Numbered from the stretch's first letter, positions 52,401 through 62,084 are shown. The stretch is 64,000 bases of DNA from an uncultured Acidobacteriota bacterium (GCA_963827655.1 CAWHCF010000009.1:19791-83790), one strand, 5' to 3'. The notes: a model not told the origin generated them from the letters alone. A program made the numbers and translations.

Positions 52401-53460
52401 GTCCGAGTGAGATGGATTTCAAGCGCTGGAGCACGACATCCAGAGCCGCGCGTTTCTCGGCCACGAAGAGCACGGTCTTGCCACGAGCCACGCACTCGGC
52501 AATCAGATTCGCGATGGTTTGGCTTTTCCCGGTGCCTGGTGGACCGCTGATGACGCCATTTCGCCCGCTGAGCGCGAGCCCGATCGCCTGCTGCTGAGTG
52601 GAATCCGCGTCCCGAACGAGGAACTCGTCGTCGGGCGGGACGACATCGAGTTCACGCGGATCACCCAAGGAACGATCTCCGCGCGCGCTCTCCCGGGCCT
52701 CGCGATCTCCGGCGATTCCTGCGATGACGTCATGTGCGGCGAGTTGGTCTCCATGCTCCTTCAGGTCCTTGACGATCGCCAGCTTCTGGAAATGAAAATT
52801 GCTGACGATGTATCGTGTCGAGATCGCGAAGCCAGGCACCTGCGCCGCTGCCATGCGCAGTCGATCGAACAGCGGCTCCAGATCGAAATCTTCTCCTTCG
52901 TCGTCTCCAAGGACTTCAGTCAGCAACGCCTCTGCCTCGAGCGCCACGCCGTGCTGAATCTCAAGGGCATGCAAAAGCACATCATTGAGGCGCACATCAC
53001 CGTTTCGCTTCAGCGTCCATGTGCGCGACTCCCGTCCTGTGGAGGTCACCACAAGCGGCATCAGCAGGATGGGCGCATCCGCGGGTCGCCCGTCATCGAC
53101 CGGCTGCCAGGTCGCCATGCCTAACCCGAGAAAGAGCGTGTCGAGGCCCCGCTCTTCCAAGTTCATCTGCGCACGCGCTGCAATCCCCTTCAGTTTGGCT
53201 GCGGCGGCTGTTTGCTGCACCGCCGGCAGGACCTTGTTCAATGGGACGCCACTGGCTCCTTCGTGACCTGACTGCAACAGCGAGTGAATGGCATCAGGGG
53301 GCGCGCCCGACAGGTTGAGCGTCCCCGTCTGCAGATCCCTGTAGAACAGCAGGTTATTGCGCCGCGACAGGTCGATCAGCTTCTTGATCCACACCTCTCG
53401 GGCTCTGTCGACCTTCTCACGCCGTTCAGGTGTGACAACAGGAGGACTTGGCGCGGGCAT
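49441..53460 (-). CDS. DUF4011 - SF1 helicase - Vsr/MTES_1575-like nuclease - DUF3320 protein (Hhe-like anti-phage)
   Basis: W..KLIDLSRRNNLL, GPPGTGKSQTI, AEKRAAL, DEASQ, GDRHQLPP, HYRS, QGDE, RRLNVAITRAR, AIECDGASYH, LGFDRIG. Confidence 0.9.
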   Translation of the reverse strand: MPAPSPPVVTPERREKVDRAREVWIKKLIDLSRRNNLLFYRDLQTGTLNLSGAPPDAIHSLLQSGHEGASGVPLNKVLPAVQQTAAAAKLKGIAARAQMNLEERGLDTLFLGLGMATWQPVDDGRPADAPILLMPLVVTSTGRESRTWTLKRNGDVRLNDVLLHALEIQHGVALEAEALLTEVLGDDEGEDFDLEPLFDRLRMAAAQVPGFAISTRYIVSNFHFQKLAIVKDLKEHGDQLAAHDVIAGIAGDREARESARGDRSLGDPRELDVVPPDDEFLVRDADSTQQQAIGLALSGRNGVISGPPGTGKSQTIANLIAECVARGKTVLFVAEKRAALDVVLQRLKSISLGHLCLDLHGADISKKLVARQLKDSLDLIRSVPMPDAASLHRQFVDKRDKLNAHVRRMHDRRAPAELSVYAVLGKLESLPDAARNDARWAGAELVGLDAPKAEQATNLLRELASGFSGLVTGDDPSPWTGAVLTTATIAQKAMERAGRLAQRWPEVASALQAFESTNTVRPCTSVQDVQEMLDVLAATDAAVARYDRSVFGLDLDRLASCLSKGRNVFGRAWAFCTNRDFRVSRAALLASRTAGKASVGTLLQEVDELRSVRSRWRDIARPDTSPRPVPDASRLRHAFGEVSDDLTGLMLSFPGRPLSGLTLITLADWLPRLAGDSVTPFRIARAAELERELQQIDGGRSLKEIRRCKPGPSLWSDVFTYAWLRSCLDEAWRQDPSIPAFSGRSHDDLVEEFKKLDRQRLKVAVDRVRRAHAEQVIAVRNRYRDQDSVVSREAEKKSRHLPLRRLLGEAPDVLLALRPCWMASPLSVSQLIPAERPFFDIVVFDEASQVLPEDAATALLRGRRAVVAGDRHQLPPTTFFAAGEGEVDEDEAAEVTGFESILDVMSAFLEPVWSLDWHYRSRDEALIAFSNRHIYGDRLVTFPGPGGTPALTHHLAPHTSGAGNEESVGAEVEKVVQLVLEHASTRPDASLGVIAMGIKHAQRVEAALDRARLDHPELDDFFAADRHERFFVKNLERVQGDEREAIILTVGYGKDPAGKLLYRFGPLLSEGGERRLNVAITRARQRVDVVSSFSHHDMAPGRSKAKGVELLRAYLEYASSGGRRLDGSVVTAVPLNDFEQSVHDALVKSGLTLVPQLGASRYRIDLVAMHPAQPGKSVLAIECDGASYHASPTARDRDRLRQQHLEALGWVFHRIWSTDWFLRRDEEIARTLKRYEEAVRRADCPPDSQSGIEDVADGKSAGPMEVSLPRRQPRPPVPSGRGQITLYSDRELDQMVTWVKSGELLTDEQIVREVAEALGFDRIGSRIEEAIRRAIRRTT

Positions 53461-53688
53461 CGGAGATCTGGCTATCGCCTGGCTGGATGACGTCGAGCCG
53501 CCACAACCAGCGTCGAGGAACCTAGTTGTTCAACAGTCTTACCGACCGCTTGGCTTCCTTGTTCACGAACTTCGTCAGGGTCGCATCAGATGATCCCGGC
53601 ATCCTTGTGTCCCTGGGGTTGACCCAGTCCAGTGGCTCGGGAGATTACTCCGCGCACTTCATTATGCAGGGCCGGTCTTCTGCGTGAA

Positions 53689-53835
53689 CGGAAAGGCGGA
53701 ACAAAGAGTCATTTTCAGGTCAAGGCGCGGTTAGTCAAGTTCGGAGGATAGGGCATATGTCCACTCGACGCCCCTGGCAGTTCCGTACCGCGCCGACGAC
53801 GGCCATCTTAGATCAACCGGATGTAGTGAGACAAG
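53689..53835 (-). mobile_element. IS91/ISCR-like oriIS end, copy B (147 bp)
   Basis: Same terminus as copies A/C/D (one substitution); truncated at GAGACAAG. Confidence 0.7.
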
Positions 53836-54995
53836 TCCTCGAGCGGAAACGCTAGGAAGAGGAGCGAGACCATCGGCGCCAGCGTGCCCGCGACCAGGAT
53901 CAGGACCAGTCCCGGACCGAAAGGCACGAGCCGCATCCGCCGGATGACGTCGAAGCTCCCGGCCAGGTCGTTCAGCGACTGGATGTCGGCGCTCCCGAGG
54001 AGCGGCTCCCCCGGCGGGGCCCCGCCCCGGAGCCACTTCGCGTCGAATCCGTGGACGTAGGCGGTGGCGATACGGCCGTACTCGCGAAGGCCGCGCCGCT
54101 TGACGGCCACGAGCTGTGGGCCAAAGAAGAGGAGCGGGCCGAGGAAGAGCGCCAGGTTCAGGAGGACGAGTCCGAGCACGGGGAGGGCGAACCCTTTCAG
54201 AGCCGCGCCTCCGAACATCATCCTTTCGGCATACCCGCCGGCAGCCACCGCCGAGAAGGCGAAGCAGAGGAGGTCGAAGTGGCTCTGTGCGACGGGGAGA
54301 TAGCCGAGCCCACCCGCCAGGTCCGGGTGGGTCGGAACGAGCTGGAGGCGCAGGCGCGAGAAGCGCCAGAGGAAGACCCACCACACAAGCAGACGCCACC
54401 CCCACCGCCCGATCACGAACTGGTAGATCGGGAGCGCCACGAGACCGTACCACCACCCGGCCAGCGTGAGCCGGACACCTTCACCGGCTCCGCTCGCCCG
54501 CCAGGATCGGAGGTCGTCCGGCAGGTCGAACGGGCGGACGCCGAGCTGCACGAACGTAATCGCGAGGATCGCGAGCACCAGCTCGGCGGTCGCCGAATCC
54601 CGGAGCCGGTGCGCCAGGCGGATGGCGCGCTCGAGCGTGGGGACCTCAGCCTCCGGCACGAGTCGGGTGTCGACCGCGTCCCGGACGAAGTGGCGGAGAC
54701 GCGGACTGACCCACACCTCGGTCGCGAACACCAGGGGGAGTGTTATCAGGAATCGAACGTGGGTACTGACGCTTGCGAGGAACGAGACTGCCACGCCTTG
54801 GCCGGGCCCCAGCCGCTCGAGCGCGGTCAGGCACAGGAGGGGGACCCAGGCGAGCAGCGCCAGCCCGACGCCCAGCCCGAGTGGCCCGAGCGGCCGGCCG
54901 CGGAACCGGACCCTCCGGGCGAGCCGACGGAGTGGACCGCCCTCGACCAGCGAGAACTCGATTCCCGTGGGCGGATAGGCGGAACAAAGAGTCAT
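53808..54995 (-). CDS. Multi-pass membrane protein; both termini supplied by flanking repeats
   Basis: FSLVEGGP, PTHPDLAGGLGYL, LLGSADIQSLNDL. MTLCSAYP comes from copy C and LSHYIRLI* from copy B. Confidence 0.75.
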   Translation of the reverse strand: MTLCSAYPPTGIEFSLVEGGPLRRLARRVRFRGRPLGPLGLGVGLALLAWVPLLCLTALERLGPGQGVAVSFLASVSTHVRFLITLPLVFATEVWVSPRLRHFVRDAVDTRLVPEAEVPTLERAIRLAHRLRDSATAELVLAILAITFVQLGVRPFDLPDDLRSWRASGAGEGVRLTLAGWWYGLVALPIYQFVIGRWGWRLLVWWVFLWRFSRLRLQLVPTHPDLAGGLGYLPVAQSHFDLLCFAFSAVAAGGYAERMMFGGAALKGFALPVLGLVLLNLALFLGPLLFFGPQLVAVKRRGLREYGRIATAYVHGFDAKWLRGGAPPGEPLLGSADIQSLNDLAGSFDVIRRMRLVPFGPGLVLILVAGTLAPMVSLLFLAFPLEDLSHYIRLI

Positions 54996-55233
54996 TTTCA
55001 GGTCAAGGCGCGGTTAGTCAAGTTCGGAGAATAGGGCATATGTCAACTCGACGCCCCTGGAAGTTCTCGTGCCGCGCCGACGACGGCCATCTTAGATCAA
55101 CCGGATGTATGAGACAAGAATCTTGGCACACCTCTGCCTTCAGGCTCGAATCTCGATTGTCCACGTCCTCGTCCGTTCAGAATATTATCGGCTCCTCGAT
55201 GGGGCCGTCCGGTGAGGGCTTGGCAATCGGCGG
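54971..55233 (-). mobile_element. IS91/ISCR-like oriIS end, copy C (263 bp)
   Basis: Includes coding tail PPIAKPSPDGPIEEPIIF* ending about 206 bp before the terminus. Confidence 0.72.
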
Positions 55234-55357
55234 GAGCGAGACCTCGGCCGTGTTGGTTATGGTGGACCCGACGGGGACGTCGGCGACATCCGTGGTAAGC
55301 ACGGCCTCATTCGACACATCCGTCGCATTCTTCCGGTTCCTCGAGCTCGGCCATGGC

Positions 55358-55690
55358 TCATTTGTTCGTGAGGAAGTTCTCCACGACCCAGAGCTCGTTC
55401 ATTGGCCATCCGGCGGTGAACGTGATCCTCGTCCCGTCAGGATGGACGCTCACATCGCGAACTCCGGGCATGCTCAGCCCCAGCGGCCTGGGTTCGCCGC
55501 CGTGAAGCGGTACTCGCCAGAGCGAGATGGGATCGTTGTATTTCGCCCATCGTGTGAACAGCAACGATCGCCCGTCCGGGCTCCAATCCTGAAGCTGAAT
55601 CACCTCCGACGCGGATCCTCGGACCAGCTCGCGGGCAGGCGTCCCGGTACCGACCTTGATGGCAATGGAACGCGCTTCCACGTGCTCAGG
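55358..55690 (-). pseudogene. TolB/PD40 beta-propeller C-terminal fragment
   Basis: WSPDGRSLLF, VHPDGTRITF, ELWVVENFL*; no N-terminus. Confidence 0.65.
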
Positions 55691-56611
55691 CAGGGACCCG
55701 CTCGAGGTCGTGAATGCGAGCGTACGGTTATGAAGTAGCGGTCAGCCTTGAGGTTTCGACCTGTGGGCACGCAAGGCGAGTGCCACCTTTTCCTGTCCCC
55801 TCTCGTCAACCTGTGCGTTCTACCTGATTGAACTCAAACGGATGCGAGGTATCGGGATATTTTCGGGACAGGTGTGTCTGGCATCGAGATCCTTTGCGTC
55901 CCTCGCCGTGATTCAGATCTCGGCGGAGGGCTACGTTCGCCGCGGCCATTAACTCGAGCTGAAGGGGGACCGAAAGGCGCGATCGCGCAGTACGACCAAG
56001 CCATAGCCACGCGCTCGACTTTCGCTGATGTGCCCGGTGTCTTCGATCCGCTGCCGACCAAACTTTGCCGAAGCGCTTCTCCTCGACCGTTTCTTGTCGG
56101 TGGCGTACGTGTGCAGCACTCCGCGTCAAGCCGGACGATGCCAGCGGTACACTGGTTGGTAGCAATACGGATGGCCTTGATGTTGGCCACGTAGTGACCC
56201 TACCAGTTGTCCTCGCGGCTGCCCTGAAATTCGGGAAATGTTGCAACTGTTCCGGTAGCCACGAAGGATGAGCGGATAGAGAATCTATCTGCCTCGAACA
56301 ATTGCCGGCGACGAGACCGGTAACGACTGCGTACGGTTTCGCCGCTAAGTGGCGTCAGGCTGGCAATGCTCCCGCCGCATAATCCGCGGAGTCTGGACTC
56401 ATTCGAAAGCACGGAAGATTCGGTCAGTTAATCAAAGCCCTTTGTCGAAAGCTGGGCCTTTGCGGAACTCATGCGCTGTCAGGATGCTCTTACTACAAAT
56501 AGAGTGATACGGGCTTCGCTTCAATTTCACAATCGTTCGCAGACCGGATTCGACTTTGGTGGAAACTGTCTGCGAGAAACCATGCTTGATAATCATTAAC
56601 TGGAGGACCCA

Positions 56612-56806
56612 ATGAACGAAGAATTGATCATCACTATGGCGACGTCCATCATTCTCGCGACCGTCAAGAAGCCGGAAAAGAAAACCAAGCTGAAAAAAGC
56701 GATGGCGAAAATCTACACGACGATCGGTAATACTTATTTCGGCGATCCTGAATTTCAGGCACTGACGGGCGGCGGCGCGGGTACCACTGCGGGCGGCACC
56801 ACTTAG
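56612..56806 (+). CDS. Small hypothetical protein (64 aa)
   Basis: Strong RBS GGAGG, hydrophobic N-terminus followed by a Lys-rich segment. Confidence 0.65.
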   Translation: MNEELIITMATSIILATVKKPEKKTKLKKAMAKIYTTIGNTYFGDPEFQALTGGGAGTTAGGTT

Positions 56807-56896
56807 TGTGCTGTATCAGAATCAATTGCGTCGCGATAGTTGATGGGCCGGAGTTAAGTCGACCTCACGGACGCGTGTAAGCAAAGGAGGAGGTTT

Positions 56897-57325
56897 ATGT
56901 CAGCCGCGAAAATGTTCGGTCCTTACAAGCAGATAGAGGATGCAATAGAAGCCGGATTTGGTCACATTCGCCGAATGGGCGACTCGAACAAGAAGGAGTA
57001 TGCCTTCGTGGTAGCGCTCAAAATTGAAGGAACGAACAGATCGTATTGCTACACCGAGCCAAAAACAAGCAACTCACTTAGTTACGTTAAGTTGAATATC
57101 GAATTGCCGCCTGGACTTACGAGCCGGGCTTTTTGTCACAACCATCCAGACAACATTGCAGACGCTGGTTTTGGTAGTAGCGATGGTGGTTTATATGCTC
57201 AAGCAGTGAAAAATGGCTCGACTTTGGTGTGGTATATGATGAACAAATTTGACGAGATAAGAGTCGCCCATAGCCAGGCGGATTTCCCAAACGGGACGGT
57301 AACCAAACTCAAGCCTAAATCTTGA
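56897..57325 (+). CDS. JAB/MPN-like (DUF4329-like) metalloprotein
   Basis: RBS AAGGAGGAGG; EY...HNHP...FGSSD; visibly AT-richer than flanks. Confidence 0.6.
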   Translation: MSAAKMFGPYKQIEDAIEAGFGHIRRMGDSNKKEYAFVVALKIEGTNRSYCYTEPKTSNSLSYVKLNIELPPGLTSRAFCHNHPDNIADAGFGSSDGGLYAQAVKNGSTLVWYMMNKFDEIRVAHSQADFPNGTVTKLKPKS

Positions 57326-57326
57326 A

Positions 57327-57490
57327 GTGCAATACGCCGCGCGCCTGAATCAGCAGCTCGCGTACCGTGACGAGCGAATCGTGCACCTCGCCGTCGAGGA
57401 CCCGCGCGTGCCGCACCTGCGCTCGATCCGCAGCGTCGGCCCCATCAAGGCCGCCGCCTTCCTCGCCGCGGTCGATGATGCCCGTGCTTC
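57327..57490 (+). pseudogene. IS110 family transposase fragment
   Basis: DPRVPHLRSIRSVGPIKAAAFLAAVDD resembles the Transposase_20 L.SIPGVG..TA region. Confidence 0.55.
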
Positions 57491-57879
57491 CGTCATCGAA
57501 ATGTTGCTGGGATGGACTTAAGCCTTTATGAGGCAGTGATATTACAGACTAATTTGACTTCAGCAGTTCTATTTGAGCTAAATCGGACATAAGTGTGGTC
57601 GACACAATTAGATGGGACCGAGCCAGCATCAGAAGATTGCGGAAGCACCAACACGACCGCGTACTGCAGGCCGCCACTCTTGTCGAATAGAGAACATGCT
57701 GGGTCCTGCCGCCTTCGATCACGAAGGTCGGCGCCGGCGGCGTGCCAGCGAATGTGACGCGCCCCTCGATGACGCCGGGTGCGGCCTGGCCGACGATAGT
57801 CGCGGGTGAACGCGGGCCTGAGGGGCCCGCGCTCCAGAGCTGCGGAATCGCGAGCGCGACGCAGGCAGCGGCCGCCGCG

Positions 57880-58204
57880 CTACTCGGTCGTTTGGGCGGC
57901 GAGCCGGACCTCCTTCGCCACGGATGTCTTGTCCTTCGAGGTGTATGTAGATGACGACGACCCGCTCGCCTTCCTTGATTTCCGTCTTCACCGCCTTCTG
58001 TTTCCCGCGGAGGATCTTCGTCTGATCGTTCAGCGTCACCGTGACGGTCTTCCCATCCGTGGCCTTCACTTCCAGCTGGCTGCCCTGAATCCTGGCGACG
58101 GTCCCCATGACCTTGTGATCGTGGCCCTCGTGCGCCAGAACGATCGGGGCCAGACTCAGGATCACCGCGCCCGCATGCAGCAGGAGGGTTCGTAGACTAC
58201 TCAT
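57880..58204 (-). CDS. Small secreted OB-fold-like protein (heavy-metal cluster type), frameshift near 57945
   Basis: Signal peptide, AHEGHDHKVMGTV, GERVVV; alternative frame ends AKEVRLAAQTTE*. Confidence 0.65.
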
Positions 58205-58835
58205 CGTTTTCTCCCGGATGTCTGTGTTTCGGCTGCTGCGGCGGTGACGATGGCTTGTCCCCGCCGCGCAGGAAGTCTTCAATCGCTTTCTCGTCCTCGA
58301 GCTCTGCCGGAGAGCGCGGGTTCAGCGCCTCCATCTCTTCGATCTCCGCCTTCGTCAGCTTCGGCAGACGGCGGATGAAATGTACGAGATGCCAGCTCGC
58401 ATCCTGCCCTTCTTTCGTGCCAGTGCTCCACGCCGGCATTCCCGTGAACCTGATTCCATTCTCGATGATCCAGAAGAGCTCACCGTCCGAGAGCTCCTGC
58501 GTCGCGCTCGCGCGCATGTCGGGCGCCCGCGGATACAGTCCGCGTCCCATCTGCGTCTCACCGCCGCCGTCGTTCGCGTGGCAGACGGCGCAATGATCGG
58601 CAAAGTGCGCGCGTCCGGCCGCGACGACCTCGTCTGAGTATGGCACGGGATTCTGCAGGGACCGCGCATGCCGGGCGATGACGATCGTTCGGGCGCGCCG
58701 CGCGGCAACCGCTTCGAGCGCTCCCGGCTCCTCGCGCGCGCTGAGGCCCGTGCTCATGATGTACCAGATCCCTGCTGCGCCGATGATGACAAGCAGGAGC
58801 ACGACCAGCGCGAATGCCTTGAGCAACGATCTCAT
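58197..58835 (-). CDS. Membrane-anchored cytochrome c
   Basis: CAVCH, LSDGELFWIIENGIRFTGMPAW. Confidence 0.9.
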   Translation of the reverse strand: MRSLLKAFALVVLLLVIIGAAGIWYIMSTGLSAREEPGALEAVAARRARTIVIARHARSLQNPVPYSDEVVAAGRAHFADHCAVCHANDGGGETQMGRGLYPRAPDMRASATQELSDGELFWIIENGIRFTGMPAWSTGTKEGQDASWHLVHFIRRLPKLTKAEIEEMEALNPRSPAELEDEKAIEDFLRGGDKPSSPPQQPKHRHPGENDE

Positions 58836-59138
58836 GAGCCCCTCACTCCTTCCCTGCTGGAATTCTACGCGCTGCGGAGGAGCGATGAACCTCTACTGGA
58901 ATGCGGGGGCTGGTTGAGCGTGAATTTCCACGGGAGTGCGCACCTCGCGATCTCGAACGGTCGAGGCGCCCTTGGGGACGATCTTCCAGAACGCGGCCGC
59001 GGCCTCGCTGCCCAGCGGCTCGAGCAGCTGACGAGCCGTCTGGCTCGACGTGAGGTCGTGGTGCATCGTCAGCAGCACCGCCAGCTCGTCCCAGTCCTCC
59101 TCGTCCAGCGCGACGACGTCGACCATCCCCTGGTTGCA

Positions 59139-59422
59139 GCGGATAGGCGGAACAAAGAGTCATTTTCAGCTCAAGGCGCGGTTAGTCAAGTTCGGAGAAA
59201 TAGGGGCTTATGTCAACTCGACGCCCCTGGAAGTTCCCGTGCCGCGCCGGCAACTGCCATCTTAGGTCAACCGGATGCTATGAGACAAGAATCTTGGCAC
59301 ACCTCTGCCTTCAGGCTCGAATCTCGATTGTCCCCGTCCTCGTCCGTTCAGAATATCATCGGCTCCTCGATGGGGCCGTCCGGTGAGGGCTTGGCAATCG
59401 GCGGCGCCCTCACGGGCAGGCC
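59139..59422 (-). mobile_element. IS91/ISCR-like oriIS end, copy D (284 bp, longest)
   Basis: Tail GLPVRAPPIAKPSPDGPIEEPMIF* resembles the HLGLP..PP.AP C-terminus of IS91-family transposases. Confidence 0.75.
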
Positions 59423-59546
59423 GGAACTGGTTCGTTGGTGGCCCACGAAGGGTGGTTCCCGCTGAGACAACGTTCCGTCCGGGAACCACCCGCATCGTCC
59501 TTCGACCTGGCACCCCTCTTACCCGGGAGGGGATCCGCAGAACTCT

Positions 59547-61176
59547 TTACTGACCGCGGCTCGCCGGATCAACACGTGCGAATTCCAGCAAATCGACCAT
59601 CGTGAAGGTTCCCGGGACACGGCTCGGCAGAGTCGGGCGCCAGCGCCGGTCCTGTTCCAGGAAAGAGTTTTCGTCGAGCCGGATCAGCTCGCACATGACT
59701 TCACCGACAATTCTGGCGCCCACACCGGCGAGGCTTTGACCTCCGGCCAGCTCCGCTTCCTTGAGGATGTAGTACCAGAGCGGTGTACTCCGGTCCAGCC
59801 CCAAGGGCGCGAGTTCGCTCAACTGGCTCGGAGAGAGAGCCGGAATGCGCATGGCCTCAGCGATCGCCTGGCCTGAAGGAATGGACCAGGTCAGGTGCCG
59901 GAGCAAATTGCGTTGTGGAAGCGAAGTCGGTGGGTCTCCGCTGGCGATGGCGCCGAGTGGGAGGTTGAACAGAGGTGTGGAGATTTTGGTGTCAATAGTT
60001 TTGGTGAAACGAACATTCGTCGTCTGCGCACCTCCGAAATCGAAGAAGGTCTGCCAGCCGATGAAACGGCGCGCCGCACGGGCTCCTCCACGCAAATCGA
60101 CAGGATCTGCCTGACCTTGTCCAGCCGGGTCGAAGATGAACCCGAAGAAGGGCGCCCCCGCGTCGCCGGCAAGATTAGCGCGGTAAGAGGGCCGCACCAG
60201 GCTGTGGCCGAAACGATAACACGCCGCCTGAAATTCTACCGGTATCAGCTGCTCTCCCTTTTTTGGAGTGTAAAACCTCGGCCCGCGGGAGATGACGTCG
60301 TTTATCAAACCCTGACCACAGATCGCGGGCAGGAACTCATTCAGGATGATCCACTGATAGTGCCAGGTGACCAGGCGGCGAGCCTCCTCAAATACGCCGC
60401 GATTCCTGTCGCTGTCTCCCCCATCGGTCAGCCGTTCCAGCTCCAGGTTCCGGAACTGGTCCGCTTCGGCCAGCCTGTGGTCGTCACCGCGGTCGCGCAG
60501 CCAGTCCACGACGCGGTTGTGAAAGAGAAGAAATGCGACCTGCAAGCCGGCGATCATGAGGTTCTCGTCATTTCTCGGATCGGGGATGATCGCGGTTCCG
60601 TCGGATCTCCGGGGAAGGTCTTCGAACTGACCACCCGACTCCACTCTGAACTTGGCGCGGTCACGGGGATCGTAAAGCTCTGGACTGGAAGTCGGACCGC
60701 GACCGTACACGGAATCCAGATCGAACGAAGGTGTTCTTGTATTAGGGGACCGTTCCGGCCGGGTTGGTACACCGAGCCTGGAGGTGGTGTCGAACGTCAT
60801 GTCGTGGTCCAGAAATTGGCCCAGAAAAGTTGACGCCAGCCGTGTGCGTCGCACCGTCAAGATTATTGGGGCTCAGTTCCGGATTCGTGATCAGGCGGAT
60901 CGGCCCCTCCTTTAATGGATCCTTCGCATCGAGCAGACCGCCGGGCTTGCCCAACTCTAGCAGCGCATTCTGCACCTCTTTCGATGCTTCGGCGAACGGC
61001 CGAAGGTCATCAAAAATCCGGGTGAAGTTATTGGGAATCGAATCTCTTCGATCGCCAGAGTCCTGCGCGAAAACTCCAGCGGGCCGGAGTGCGGCGGCCG
61101 TGCCAGCGGCAGCGGCGCGCATCAGGAATTTTCTTCGGTCAATACCCTCGGTTTTTCGCTCATTTCCTGAATTCAT
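59547..61176 (-). CDS. Heme peroxidase (peroxidase-cyclooxygenase family) with Tat signal, frameshift near 60828
   Basis: DRRKFL, FLGQFLDHD, DPRNDEN, YRFGHS, TPLWYYILKEAE. Confidence 0.85.
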
Positions 61177-62084
61177 CGCTAATTCTCCTGGTTTGAATTT
61201 CGAGTTGAATGGCATTTTCAGGTCAAGAAGCTTCATTGGAGTTTCCCCCTTCTTTAGGAAGACTGCCCTAGCAGCCTGGAGTAAAACCAAGAGGGCGCAC
61301 CTCGAGCACCGCGAAACCAGACGGCAGTCGCATGTCGCACACCGCGGCCTTTGCCAGGTGTCTCGCTGGCAACTCCGCGAGGCACACCTCTACCGTCGAA
61401 GCACGGGCAACTCAACTGCCGGCGCGCCCGGGAAACATCCGGGCACACAGATATCGTGGGCGATCCTGGAGGTTTCGCCCAGGCTTCTAGCCACAGTTGT
61501 GGTTACTAGCCGAGCCTTGCTGTTTACTTTTGTGCTGGAAAGCGCTAGAGACCTGAGTCGGTTGAAAAACCGTATTTCAGGTGATCGCTCTACCCTAGAG
61601 GGAGCGATGCCGTAAAAACAAAACCGGCAGATCAAGCTTCTCGAGTCGCTTGAAGACCGTCGGATGAGAAGCTTACGAGGAAGACTTAGTTGGTGGTTTC
61701 GGTCGGCAACGACGATGACGGAGCTACTGTGCTCGTGTGCCGCGGAAATCCGGAGGAACTACAGGTTAAACGACGCGGGCAAACCCACGTACCGGCCGCT
61801 GCTTCCCCTTCATCTGGCGACCAAACCAATAGTTCAAAAGTGTGCCAGAGGCTGCTTGAACTCTCTTGCGACCGCTCCCTCTGGTGAATGCGGTTACAGA
61901 GAGAACGACAATTTATTGAACGGAACGTGAAGGCGGCCAATTTATTGAATCCTTGACGGCGATGTCAAGAGAAAAACGTTCTGATCGCGTTTTTTTCTGA
62001 CTTCCTCACGATCGCGCCCATGCCCCTCAAGTCGTACTTACGGCCCATTCGGCCGTGATTCCATCCCGCCGTTGGCCTTGAGCC

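Noticed and set aside
55123-55138. sigma54-like TGGCACACCTCTGC inside the repeat
   Set aside because: GG-to-GC spacing is 9 nt rather than the required 10.
44188-59422. The four repeats as a CRISPR array, integron attC sites or group II intron ends
   Set aside because: Too long and irregularly spaced for CRISPR; no RYYYAAC/GTTRRRY palindromic attC structure; no domain V motif.
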